Source: an uncultured Anaeromyxobacteraceae bacterium
GTDB lineage: Bacteria; Myxococcota_A; UBA9042; DTJE01
Length of the DNA stretch: 61,562 nt
Direction of reading: 5' to 3'
Assembly: GCA_964522105.1 (NCBI GenBank)
Contig: CAZFVA010000014.1
Span: forward strand, 22,677 to 84,238
The notes below the pieces were generated by a model, which saw only the letters and a program-made list of their open reading frames with translations, was not told where the DNA came from and did no database searches. Below are positions 19,904 to 28,889 of this stretch, in pieces; the first letter of the stretch is position 1, and every line of letters starts with the position of its first letter. Made by a program: the position numbers and the translations under genes.

Positions 19904-21599
19904 CCGTCTCCTCGTAGTGCATCTCTTCGGGGGCCGAAACCCCAAGCAGTTCAAGACCATATCCAAGCACGGATTTCACTTTTGATACAAGGTAGAGCCT
20001 GGCGGCCGTCTTGTCGCGGTCGTCCGAAATGACCCGGTTGGACCCTTTGTACTTCGTGTAGTACGAATGGAATCCCTTAACAAGTTCCATCAGATAGAAG
20101 CACAGATGGTGCGGCTCACCCTTCTGGGCGGCCCCTGAAACGACGGCCTGGAATCTGCAAAGGTCGCGTATCATCGCCTTTTCTTCAGGCAGTACCAGGT
20201 GTTCCAGAAGTGCTTGATTCCATTCAGGAACTGTGTGGCCTTCGCGTGTGGCCTTCCTGACTATTGAAGCGACCCGCGCGTGTCCGTACTGGACGTAATA
20301 GACCGGGTTGTCCATCGTCTTCTGCTTGGCCAGCTCCAGGTCAAATTCCATCTGCGAGTCGGCCCTGCGCATCACATAAATGAAACGCACCGCGTCGGCC
20401 CCGACTTCATCAATCAAATCCTGAAGCGTCACGAACCGGCCAAGCCGCTTGCCCATCGGGATGACTTCGCCGTTTCGAGTCAGCGTAACCATCTGGATAA
20501 GGATTACTTCAAGCATTTCGGGGTCATGTCCGCATGCGCTCATCGCCGCGCGCACCCTCGGAATGTATCCGTGATGGTCGGCACCCCAGATATTGATTAG
20601 CTTGTCGTACCCGCGCCGTGCCTTTTCGTCGTGATAGGCGATGTCGGCCGCAAAGTAAGTCGGGACGCCGTTTGATCGCACGACAACACGGTCTTCCCCG
20701 TCGTCATCGTCGGTCATGGTAAACAGAACGGCGCCGTCTTCGCCCCGGTAAGCTGCCCCTTTTTCAATAAGGGTTTCAACCATTTGCGTGATGCAGCCCG
20801 AATCGTGCAGGGTTCTTTCTGAAAACCAGTGATCAAATTTGATGTCCAGATTCTTAAGCGTTTTCTGGATTTCCAGCGTCAGCCTGTCGGCCGCAAACAG
20901 TACGGCAGGATTGTTGTCGCGCGCACCGATGTCTTCGTAAGGCATCTCGCACAGGCGCCTACCTTCAGGGGTCGCCACAAATTCGGCAGCAAGATCGCGG
21001 ATATAGTCGCCACGGTATCCGTTTTCAGGGAAGTCGTCGTCAGTCGCAAGCCCAAGCACCTGCCGCCCGCGACAGTGAATCGAAATGCCGAGCATCGCCA
21101 TCTGATTGCCGACGTTATTTAACAGGTATTCTGTCTCGACCTTGTATCCGGCGACCCTCATCAGGCGGGCAATGATGTCGCCCAGCACCGCGCCCCTGGC
21201 GTGTCCCGCGTGCAGTGGCCCGGTCGGGTTTGCCGAAACGTACTCCAGCAGAACGCGCTGTCCGTGGCCGACATCCGGGATTTCCATAACAGATTCAAGC
21301 ATGTCAAACCAGGTTCGCTGGTTCACCTTGAAGTTCAGGTAGCCGGGTGCCACGAACGAAACGCTCTCAAAAACGCCTTCAGGCAGCGTCATCGCGTCAA
21401 CGATATTTTTTCCACAGATTGCCGGTGCCGAGCGAAGCGCCTTGCACATAATCAGCGGCAGCGCGCAGCCGTAGTCCCCGAATTCTTCATTCTTCGGACG
21501 TTCAATACTTATCTGCGGTTGGAAATCAGCCGGTATTGTCCCGGAATCTTTAAGTTTTTGCAGTGCGTCGGTCAGTATTTTCAATACCAGGGTTTCCAT
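19893..21599 (-). CDS. argS: Arginine--tRNA ligase
   Basis: EYVSANPTGPLHAGHARG (HIGH-like), GADHHGY, PVYYVQYGHAR, DALR anticodon-binding domain. Confidence 0.97.
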   Translation of the reverse strand: METLVLKILTDALQKLKDSGTIPADFQPQISIERPKNEEFGDYGCALPLIMCKALRSAPAICGKNIVDAMTLPEGVFESVSFVAPGYLNFKVNQRTWFDMLESVMEIPDVGHGQRVLLEYVSANPTGPLHAGHARGAVLGDIIARLMRVAGYKVETEYLLNNVGNQMAMLGISIHCRGRQVLGLATDDDFPENGYRGDYIRDLAAEFVATPEGRRLCEMPYEDIGARDNNPAVLFAADRLTLEIQKTLKNLDIKFDHWFSERTLHDSGCITQMVETLIEKGAAYRGEDGAVLFTMTDDDDGEDRVVVRSNGVPTYFAADIAYHDEKARRGYDKLINIWGADHHGYIPRVRAAMSACGHDPEMLEVILIQMVTLTRNGEVIPMGKRLGRFVTLQDLIDEVGADAVRFIYVMRRADSQMEFDLELAKQKTMDNPVYYVQYGHARVASIVRKATREGHTVPEWNQALLEHLVLPEEKAMIRDLCRFQAVVSGAAQKGEPHHLCFYLMELVKGFHSYYTKYKGSNRVISDDRDKTAARLYLVSKVKSVLGYGLELLGVSAPEEMHYEETDAD

Positions 21600-21700
21600 G
21601 GTTCTCCTTTTCGTTCGCCGGTATCATTATATAGCGCACCGGACAAAGCGTCCCGAGGATAAAGCGCACCGGGGCAATCAGGCAAGTACAGAGGTAACCG

Positions 21701-22735
21701 ATGCCGGCAAATTTGACTCAGCAGTACATGCAGGCCGAAGCCAGATTCCGGGCCGCCGTCACCCATGAAGAAAAGGTGGCCGGTCTTGAGGAGATGATTC
21801 GCGAGCTGCCCAAGCACAAACACACCGAAAAGATGTTTGCCGACCTGAAGACGCGGCTGTCAAAGCTGAAAAAGGAAGGGGACGTGTCAAAAGGTCCGGC
21901 TGTGCGCAAGACGGCCGGCTACGAAGTTGCGCGTGAAGGGGCAGGGCAGATTGTCGTGATCGGTGCGCCGAATTCAGGCAAGTCGTCGATTCTGGCGGCT
22001 TTGACGAAAGCCCCCGTGGAAGTTACGGAATATCCTTTCACGACCAGGCGCGTCATCCCCGGCCTGATGCGTTTTGAAGACGTCGGCATTCAGATAGTTG
22101 ATACCCCGGCGATCGCGGCCGAATTCATGGACCCGATGCTGCCGCCGTTTATCCGCAGCGCTGACGCGGCCGTTCTGTGTGTTGACCTTAGTGCGCCGGA
22201 CTGTCTGGATCAGGCGGCAGCGACGATGGCGGCACTGGCGGAATGTGGAATTGTCCTTCGCACCGGCATCGTTGATTCGACTGATTCGCAGAAGTCACCA
22301 AGGCCGCTCGTGGCGTTTATTGCCGCGACTCACGCCGACGATCCCGATGCCGAAATCGCGCTTGAGCTGCTGGCCGAGGCGGTCGGGTCCATCCCGGTCG
22401 AGCCCGCCATTCCCGGTGTCGGCCCACTGAAAATCATCCCCTTTTCCATCAATGACCCGGCGATGCAGGCGGTGTTCTGCCACGCCTGTTTCGACCTGTT
22501 CAACGTCGTGCGCGTCTATTCAAAACAGCCCGGGAAACCGGCTGACAAGGACGCCCCGTTCCTGGTACCGAACGGTGGTTTTGTCATTGATTTCGCGGAA
22601 ATGGTTCACCGCGACTTCAGGGATAAGTTTTCGTTTGCGCGTGTCTGGGGCGAAGGCAAGTTCGAGGGCCAGCGCGTCTCGCGTGACTATCAGGTTCAGG
22701 ACTGCGACGTCATTGAACTGCATCTTTCAACATAA
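21701..22735 (+). CDS. DRG-like (OBG family) GTPase with C-terminal TGS domain
   Basis: PKHKHTEK..LKTRLSKL N-terminus, GAPNSGKS, YPFTT, DTPA; TGS motifs VRVYSK, VHRDF, FARVWG, DVIELH. Confidence 0.85.
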   Translation: MPANLTQQYMQAEARFRAAVTHEEKVAGLEEMIRELPKHKHTEKMFADLKTRLSKLKKEGDVSKGPAVRKTAGYEVAREGAGQIVVIGAPNSGKSSILAALTKAPVEVTEYPFTTRRVIPGLMRFEDVGIQIVDTPAIAAEFMDPMLPPFIRSADAAVLCVDLSAPDCLDQAAATMAALAECGIVLRTGIVDSTDSQKSPRPLVAFIAATHADDPDAEIALELLAEAVGSIPVEPAIPGVGPLKIIPFSINDPAMQAVFCHACFDLFNVVRVYSKQPGKPADKDAPFLVPNGGFVIDFAEMVHRDFRDKFSFARVWGEGKFEGQRVSRDYQVQDCDVIELHLST

Positions 22736-22779
22736 ATTTTTGCCGTTGTTGTCGTTGACCTGCCGCATCGGTGCGGTCC

Positions 22780-22788
22780 TGTTATAAT
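22780..22788 (+). promoter_or_regulatory. Extended -10 promoter element upstream of lysC
   Basis: TG-T-TATAAT, 32 nt before the GTG start. Confidence 0.5.
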
Positions 22789-22820
22789 CGGTTTAACCTG
22801 ACTTGTTTGGGGTAATGTAA

Positions 22821-24008
22821 GTGTCGATTATCGTACAGAAATATGGCGGCAGCTCGGTTGCCGACATTGAAAGAATAAAAAAGGTCGCGTGTCACGTCGT
22901 CGAAACCAGGCGCGCCGGTCATGACGTTGTCGTCGTCGTGTCGGCCATGTCAGGCAAGACCGACGAGCTGATGCGCATGGCCACCGACATCAATCCCGAA
23001 CCTTCAATGCGCGAACTGGACATGCTTTTGACGGTTGGCGAGCGCATCACGATGGCGCTGCTTTCCATCGCGATTCAATCCCTTGGCGAAGACGCAATTT
23101 CGCTGACCGGCTCCCAGTGCGGCATCATGACGAACCAGTCGCACAGCCGCGCCAGAATAGTCGAGGTCCGGCCTTTCAGGGTCGCCGACGAGCTTGCCGC
23201 CGGAAAGATTGTCATCGTCGCCGGTTTTCAGGGGACCAGTTACAAACGCGAAATTACGACGCTTGGCCGTGGCGGAAGCGACACGACGGCGGTGGCCCTG
23301 GCGGCGGCGCTTGGTGCCGAAAAATGTGAGATATATTCAGATGTTCTGTTTGTGTGTTCGTCTGACCCGAAGGTCGTCGTCAACGCGCAGCAGCTTCTGG
23401 AATTGAGCTACGACGAAATGCTGGCCCTGTCCCGTCACGGCGCGAAGGTCATAAACGCCGATGCCGTTGAATTTGCCAGAAGATCGGGCATCGCCATCTA
23501 CACCAGATCGTCCGCCGACCCGTCGAAAGAAGGCACCGTTATCCGCCTGAATCCTGACGCCCCTCCGCGCAGTGTGTGTGGCGTGACAGCCAGAAAGGAT
23601 GTCGTCGCCTTGCGTTTCGTGGGTGAAAAGGCAGTGTCCGACGACGCTCTGGCGATGCTGGCGAAAGGCGTTTTGAAGCCATGTTTCGTGTGCGCGGCAG
23701 GTGGCGGCGGCACATGGATGGTGTTTTCAAAATCTGACAACCTTGCGCTTGAAGGGTCTTTGCACGGCACGCTTCCAGCGGGTGCCAGCCTTGTCGAAGA
23801 CATCGGTGCCGTAACTGTCGTCGGCGATGTTCTGGGCGATGTGGCCGGGCCGGCGGCGATGCAGCAAATCAGGAAACTGGACTATGTTCGCGGCATGATG
23901 CTTGCCCCTTCGGCTTTGACTCTTTTAGTCGATGCTGGCAAGGTTGACGATGTCACAGGAATGCTTCACGGGTTATTTTTTCCCGACGAAACTTCGGGCG
24001 CGGTTTAA
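22821..24008 (+). CDS. lysC: Aspartate kinase
   Basis: [31 protein letters not shown]; C-terminal ACT-like region is divergent. Confidence 0.92.
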   Translation: MSIIVQKYGGSSVADIERIKKVACHVVETRRAGHDVVVVVSAMSGKTDELMRMATDINPEPSMRELDMLLTVGERITMALLSIAIQSLGEDAISLTGSQCGIMTNQSHSRARIVEVRPFRVADELAAGKIVIVAGFQGTSYKREITTLGRGGSDTTAVALAAALGAEKCEIYSDVLFVCSSDPKVVVNAQQLLELSYDEMLALSRHGAKVINADAVEFARRSGIAIYTRSSADPSKEGTVIRLNPDAPPRSVCGVTARKDVVALRFVGEKAVSDDALAMLAKGVLKPCFVCAAGGGGTWMVFSKSDNLALEGSLHGTLPAGASLVEDIGAVTVVGDVLGDVAGPAAMQQIRKLDYVRGMMLAPSALTLLVDAGKVDDVTGMLHGLFFPDETSGAV

Positions 24009-24074
24009 CGAATACGCAAGGTGTGTCGCATTGGCGACCATTTGGCAAATACTTGACATGACAAGGGGTTAACG

Positions 24075-24536
24075 ATGGCTTCAATGAACAAGGCTCTGAT
24101 TCTGGGAAATCTTGGTGCAAATCCGGAAATGCGCTCGACGGCCGGCGGACAGTCGGTTGCGACGCTGAACGTGGCGACGAACGAGGTCTGGTTCGACAAG
24201 CAGGGCCAGAAGCAGGAACGCACCGAATGGCACAAGATCGTTGTGTGGGGCAAGCAGGCTGATTTCTGCGGCCAGTACCTGACGAAAGGCAGCACCGTTT
24301 TCGTTGAAGGTCGCATCCAGACCAGAAGCTGGGAAGACCAGACCGGCGCCAAGCGCTACACGACCGAAATCGTCGCGACCAGCGTGCAGGCCGTTGGCGG
24401 TCGCGGTGGTTCGGACCAGGGCAGTCACGGCGGCGCAGATCAGGGCGGCGGTTACCACGACGGCCCGATCGCCGAGCCGATCGGCATGCCCTCCACGACC
24501 CCGAACGCCATCCCGGACGACGACGTCCCGTTCTGA
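24075..24536 (+). CDS. ssb: Single-stranded DNA-binding protein
   Basis: NKALILGNLG, TEWHKIVVWG, VEGRIQTRSW, acidic tip DDDVPF. Confidence 0.97.
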   Translation: MASMNKALILGNLGANPEMRSTAGGQSVATLNVATNEVWFDKQGQKQERTEWHKIVVWGKQADFCGQYLTKGSTVFVEGRIQTRSWEDQTGAKRYTTEIVATSVQAVGGRGGSDQGSHGGADQGGGYHDGPIAEPIGMPSTTPNAIPDDDVPF

Positions 24537-24633
24537 TCCGGTTCTCTTCCATTCCAACCCACCGGAACCTGATTGCTTCTTAATTATCTGATTTGATTGA
24601 TTTTAATCGCTGGCGAATCCGCCCCGCAGAAGT

Positions 24634-25788
24634 CTATTCCCCGATCCAGCCGCAGACTGAGTCCGATTCTGCCAGGCCGGATACGTCCGTGAAGGCTGTG
24701 CCGCAGAAGTGGGCGGACGGGCACCAGGCGCCGGCGGTCTGGCAGGTAAATTCGCATCGTTTTGTGCCTTCCGGGTTGGCTGGTTCGACGCAGCGCAGCG
24801 GCTCGGCGCAGTCTTCGTTGCACTGACATGGTTTGCGGGTGTTCTGGGCAAGTTTGAAGTCAGGGACGCAGGCCGAACCTTCGCATGAAAATCCTGATGG
24901 GCAATCGCCACCGTCGGTGCAGGCCGGTGTTCCGGGGTCGCAGTAATGGTCCAGCCCATCGTCCGCGCTTACGCACGATGCGCCACCGGAACAATCGGCG
25001 TTCACTTCGCATGGTCTGGCGCAGGCAGTGAAAGGTCCGACGAAGCCAGATCCACCAAGGCAGACGCCTTCTGTGCAGTCGCAGTCTTCGTCGCAGGGAA
25101 ATGCCCCTTCCGGGGTGCAACCGGTTTCAGGTGCCGTCGCAACTTCAAAGGCCAGCAGGTCGGCCCCGCCCGGTGTTTTGACGTGCCATGAACCGGCCGT
25201 TGTCGGCACAAATGCAATTATGCGGGAGTCCAGGAAGTCCGGGCCAAGGCAGAAGAAATTGATCTGGTCCCAGTTCCTGATTTGTAATGTGACAGTCCTT
25301 GCGATCTGGTCAACTGTTACAAGCGGCATCGCCCTCTGCTGGTTGCACGAGACCATTGCAAATGCCGTAAGGCGTGTCGTGCGGCCGACGTTCAGTGGCG
25401 CCGGGTCGGCAAGTTGAACGCTGTCTGCAGGCATGTCCAACAGTTGCCAGGTTTTGTTGCAGGCTGCCGTATCGGTGGTGACATCCGAAGATACGTCCGA
25501 CGGCGTTTCGTCATGCCCGTATGGGGTGTCGGCTGTGGCATCATCGGTGACGTCGGCCGCAACCGTATCTACGCCGGTGTCTGTCCATGTTTCCGCGGTT
25601 TCAGGGGTATCCTGTGCAACGTCCCGGCCCGCCGCATCTGTGTCTGCCAACGCATCCCGGCCAACGTAACCGTCCGGGGTCGTGCCCTGGTCGTCTTGTG
25701 TGACATCGCCGGCGTCGGTCGGCGATGACGATTTACACCCGATAGCGACCATTCCCACGAATAAAATGAAACAAATCGAGCGCTTCAT
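24634..25788 (-). CDS. Lipoprotein with Asp/Thr-rich tether, beta-sandwich-like middle domain and Cys-rich repeats
   Basis: Start moved to ATG at 25788; VAIGC lipobox; CDEDCDC, CEVNADC, CTDGGDCPSGFSC, CQCNEDC units. Confidence 0.7.
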   Translation of the reverse strand: MKRSICFILFVGMVAIGCKSSSPTDAGDVTQDDQGTTPDGYVGRDALADTDAAGRDVAQDTPETAETWTDTGVDTVAADVTDDATADTPYGHDETPSDVSSDVTTDTAACNKTWQLLDMPADSVQLADPAPLNVGRTTRLTAFAMVSCNQQRAMPLVTVDQIARTVTLQIRNWDQINFFCLGPDFLDSRIIAFVPTTAGSWHVKTPGGADLLAFEVATAPETGCTPEGAFPCDEDCDCTEGVCLGGSGFVGPFTACARPCEVNADCSGGASCVSADDGLDHYCDPGTPACTDGGDCPSGFSCEGSACVPDFKLAQNTRKPCQCNEDCAEPLRCVEPANPEGTKRCEFTCQTAGAWCPSAHFCGTAFTDVSGLAESDSVCGWIGE

Positions 25789-25916
25789 GTCATTTACCCG
25801 GTAAGTTTTCGTTGCTTTGATGATACACCGGTTTGTGAAGACAGGATTCAATTTTTGTTGGTCGCGATGTCGGTTGCAGTGGATAATCCGTTTGATTCAT
25901 TGACCTCGGGGATTTC

Positions 25917-27428
25917 ATGGTTGTGGACGCAAAGCAGACTACATCTGTCAGTTGGTTCGGGGTAGGCGACCTGAACGCGTTTTTTGCGCTGTTCGTGGAC
26001 AACGTCGTCAATCTGGTGATGCTGACCGCAATTCTGGTCTTTCAGTTCGGGATGCCGTCAGAATTCGTGTTGTCGCGCATGATCCCGGGGACCGCCCTGG
26101 GCGTGATGATCGGGGACCTGGCGTACTCGTGGATGGCGTGCAGGGGCGGGCGGCGACTGACCGCGATGCCGCTCGGGCTGGATACTCCTTCAACTATCGG
26201 CATGACGATTGCGGTCATCGGCCCCGTTTTCCTTGAAACGAAAGACCCGTACATGGCCTGGGGCGTCGGTATGGCGACGCTCTTCATCATGGGCGTGGCC
26301 AAACTGGTGATGTCGTTTTTTGGCGAGGCGATTGCGAAGGCTATTCCGATGGCCGGGCTTCTTGGTCCGCTTGCCGGGATCGGCCTTGCGCTGCTTGGCC
26401 TTATCCCGATGGTGCACATATTTTCAATGCCGGTCGCCGGAGTCTTTGCGACCGGGATCATTCTGTATGCGTTCGTGGCGAACCACAGGCTGCCGTTCGG
26501 CCTGCCGGGTGCGCTTGTCGCGGTCGTCATGGGCCTGATAATTTACTGGGTGATGGTTGCCGTCGGGATTGGTCCGCAGCATCAGGTGCAGACGGCCACT
26601 GTTGGACTGTACCTGCCGAAAATCGAGTTTGCAGCGCTGGCTGCCGGGATGTCCGGGGCTCTGAAATACCTGCCGATCAGCATTCCTTTCGGGCTGTTGA
26701 CTATTGTTGGCGGCATTAATGTTACGGCGTCCGCCAAAGCTGCCGGCGATGACTTCCGTACCCGTGACATCCTGCTGGTCGAGTCGGTCTCGACAATGAT
26801 TGCCGCCATTTGCGGTGGTGTCGCCCAGACGACGCCGTACATCGGGCATCCGGCCTACAAGGCGATGGGCGCGAAGGCCGGGTACACGCTGCTGACCGGA
26901 CTGGTCATCGGTATCGCCGGATTCCTGGGGATACTTGGCGTCCTGATTGACTACATTCCGCAGGTGGTTGTTGCCCCGATTCTGCTGTTCGTCGGGCTCA
27001 TGATTACCGAGCAGGCGTTCAAGGCGTCCGAGCAGCGTCACCTGCCGGCCGTGGCGTTCGCAATCATTCCGTGTCTTGCTTATCTGGTGATGATTTATGC
27101 CGGTCAGCTTCTTGGCGCCGGTGCGAAGCCCGGGCCGGTTCTGGCCGGTCAGCTTGGCGTGATGTCGCTTCTTGGTAACGGCTTCATCGTGACTTCCATG
27201 CTGTGGGCGGCCGCCATCGCGTACCTGATCGATAAGCGGCCGACCGCGACGTTCGTGATGTTTGCCATCCTGGCCGTGTGCAGCCTGTTCGGGATCATTC
27301 ATTCAGTGTCGCCAACGGGCAGTCTGTACCTGCCGTTTTCCAGTGCCGACAACCGCCCCCTGGAGCTTGCCGCCGCCTATCTGCTGACCGGCGGGTCACT
27401 CGCGTTTCTTTTGCGGTTTGTGAAATAA
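25917..27428 (+). CDS. NCS2-family (xanthine/uracil/AzgA-like) permease
   Basis: Many TM helices; GDLNAFF..F.DN, TAMPLGLDTPS, TTPYIGHPAYK. Confidence 0.8.
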   Translation: MVVDAKQTTSVSWFGVGDLNAFFALFVDNVVNLVMLTAILVFQFGMPSEFVLSRMIPGTALGVMIGDLAYSWMACRGGRRLTAMPLGLDTPSTIGMTIAVIGPVFLETKDPYMAWGVGMATLFIMGVAKLVMSFFGEAIAKAIPMAGLLGPLAGIGLALLGLIPMVHIFSMPVAGVFATGIILYAFVANHRLPFGLPGALVAVVMGLIIYWVMVAVGIGPQHQVQTATVGLYLPKIEFAALAAGMSGALKYLPISIPFGLLTIVGGINVTASAKAAGDDFRTRDILLVESVSTMIAAICGGVAQTTPYIGHPAYKAMGAKAGYTLLTGLVIGIAGFLGILGVLIDYIPQVVVAPILLFVGLMITEQAFKASEQRHLPAVAFAIIPCLAYLVMIYAGQLLGAGAKPGPVLAGQLGVMSLLGNGFIVTSMLWAAAIAYLIDKRPTATFVMFAILAVCSLFGIIHSVSPTGSLYLPFSSADNRPLELAAAYLLTGGSLAFLLRFVK

Positions 27429-27524
27429 CGACTTTTGGTCAGCTATCTTCACCCAAAAAAACACCCAGAATCACTCAAATTCCGTCAGTAAATATATTAA
27501 CTAAATTGCGGCGTTGCAGGCGCG

Positions 27525-27621
27525 TGATGTGATTAGGTGCCTTAATCACATCAAAATTTGATTTGATTAACGGGGCTATTCGCATCATAATCTGATGTGA
27601 TTAGGGTGGTTATTCACCTCA
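27525..27621. promoter_or_regulatory. Three tandem palindromic 11-7-11 operator-like sites at an exact 34-bp period
   Basis: 27525 TGATGTGATTA-GGTGCCT-TAATCACATCA (perfect); 27559 TGATTTGATTA-ACGGGGC-TATTCGCATCA; 27593 TGATGTGATTA-GGGTGGT-TATTCACCTCA; 5-bp gaps. Confidence 0.85.
27563..27591 (+). promoter_or_regulatory. Putative sigma70 promoter of the Fic gene, overlapping site 2
   Basis: TTGATT (27563-27568), 17 nt, CATAAT (27586-27591). Confidence 0.6.
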
Positions 27622-27637
27622 AGCCGCGGAGTCCGGT

Positions 27638-28759
27638 ATGAAAACAAAGTATGTCTGGCAAAGTCCGTCATGGCCCAATTTCACCTGGGATGCCACCGCT
27701 ATTGCCGCGCCGCTGTCCAGTGTGCGGCTTGCGCAGGCGCACCTTCTTGGCAAGGTTGCCGGTCTTGGTTTTGAGCTTCATCTTTCCGAGCGTGTTCGTG
27801 TCATGACCGAGGAGGCCGTCCGGACCAGCGCCATCGAAGGTGAAATGCTGAATCTGGAAGCAGTCCGTTCGTCGGTCGCCAGACGGTTGGGGCTTGATAA
27901 CGTTCCTGACAAACCGGCTTCGCGCGATGTTGAAGGGCTGATTGATGTTCTGATCGATGCGACAACCGGGTTTGACAGGCCGTTGACCGCCGACCGGTTA
28001 TGCCGCTGGCATGGGGCGCTGTTCCCGGGGGGCCGTTCGGGTTTGTACGAGATTGTAGCCGGTGATTTTCGTCCAGCCGGTATGCCGATGCAGGTAGTTT
28101 CGGGACCAATCGGGCATGAACGCGTTCATTTCGAGGCGCCGCCGTCCGAAGTGGTTCCGGCCGAGATTCAGAAGTTTGTGGATTGGTTCAATAATCCGCC
28201 GAAAGGCCTTGATGGACTGATTGTCGCGGGTATCGTTCATTTCTGGTTTGTAACGATTCATCCGTTTCAGGACGGTAACGGTCGCCTTGGGCGGGCCGTG
28301 TGCGAGATGGCCCTGGCAAGGGACGAAGGGCAAGAACAAAGGCTTTATAGTCTTTCTGCCGCCATCAAAGCGGACCGGCCGGAGTATTACCGTCTTCTGG
28401 AAAAAACGTCTAAAGACACTGGCGACCTGACGTCCTGGCTGACCTGGTTTCTGAAGTGCCTGGAAAAGGCGATGCAGATGTCCGAGATCCAGATTGACCT
28501 CGCACTCGCGCAAGGGCGTTTCTGGCAGGAACACGCCGGAAAGTCCCTGAATGAACGCCAGATCAAGATAGTCCGTCGTCTGTTTGAAGCCGGTCCTGAC
28601 GGTTTCACCGGCGGAATGACAACGAAGAAGGCGGCCAACCTTACGAAAGCCAGTTCCGCCACCGCCCAGCGCGACCTGTCAGACCTGTTTGCCAAGGGCC
28701 TGCTGGTCCAAAACGCTGCAGGTGGCAGAAGCACCAGTTACAGCCTTAAAACTGTTTGA
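27638..28759 (+). CDS. Fic-family protein (DUF4172-like N-terminus, class II autoinhibited Fic, C-terminal HTH)
   Basis: YVWQSPSWPNFTWD N-terminus; TSAIEG inhibitory motif; HPFQDGNGRLGR canonical Fic motif; TTKKAANLTKASSATAQRDLSDL HTH. Confidence 0.93.
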   Translation: MKTKYVWQSPSWPNFTWDATAIAAPLSSVRLAQAHLLGKVAGLGFELHLSERVRVMTEEAVRTSAIEGEMLNLEAVRSSVARRLGLDNVPDKPASRDVEGLIDVLIDATTGFDRPLTADRLCRWHGALFPGGRSGLYEIVAGDFRPAGMPMQVVSGPIGHERVHFEAPPSEVVPAEIQKFVDWFNNPPKGLDGLIVAGIVHFWFVTIHPFQDGNGRLGRAVCEMALARDEGQEQRLYSLSAAIKADRPEYYRLLEKTSKDTGDLTSWLTWFLKCLEKAMQMSEIQIDLALAQGRFWQEHAGKSLNERQIKIVRRLFEAGPDGFTGGMTTKKAANLTKASSATAQRDLSDLFAKGLLVQNAAGGRSTSYSLKTV

Positions 28760-28889
28760 AAAAGTGTACCTGCGTCCGATCGTGCGTACAGTCCTCGCTT
28801 ACGCCACTTCCCATCTTCAATATCAGTGATAAACTGCGTGCAGCCTGAAGAGGGCGGTGTTTGGTCTGGTTATTTGACGGAGAGTTCAG

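Noticed and set aside
22736-22820. Lysine riboswitch upstream of lysC
   Set aside because: The intergenic region is only 85 nt and the promoter is about 30 nt from the start, too short for the aptamer.
24589-24612. Distal copy of the Fic operator
   Set aside because: TGATTTGATTG matches one arm, but there is no second arm at 7-nt spacing, and it lies between convergent genes.
27525-27621. Mini-CRISPR array
   Set aside because: Repeats are palindromic and 29 bp, but the gaps are only 5 bp, variation lies inside the repeat, and no cas genes are in the window.
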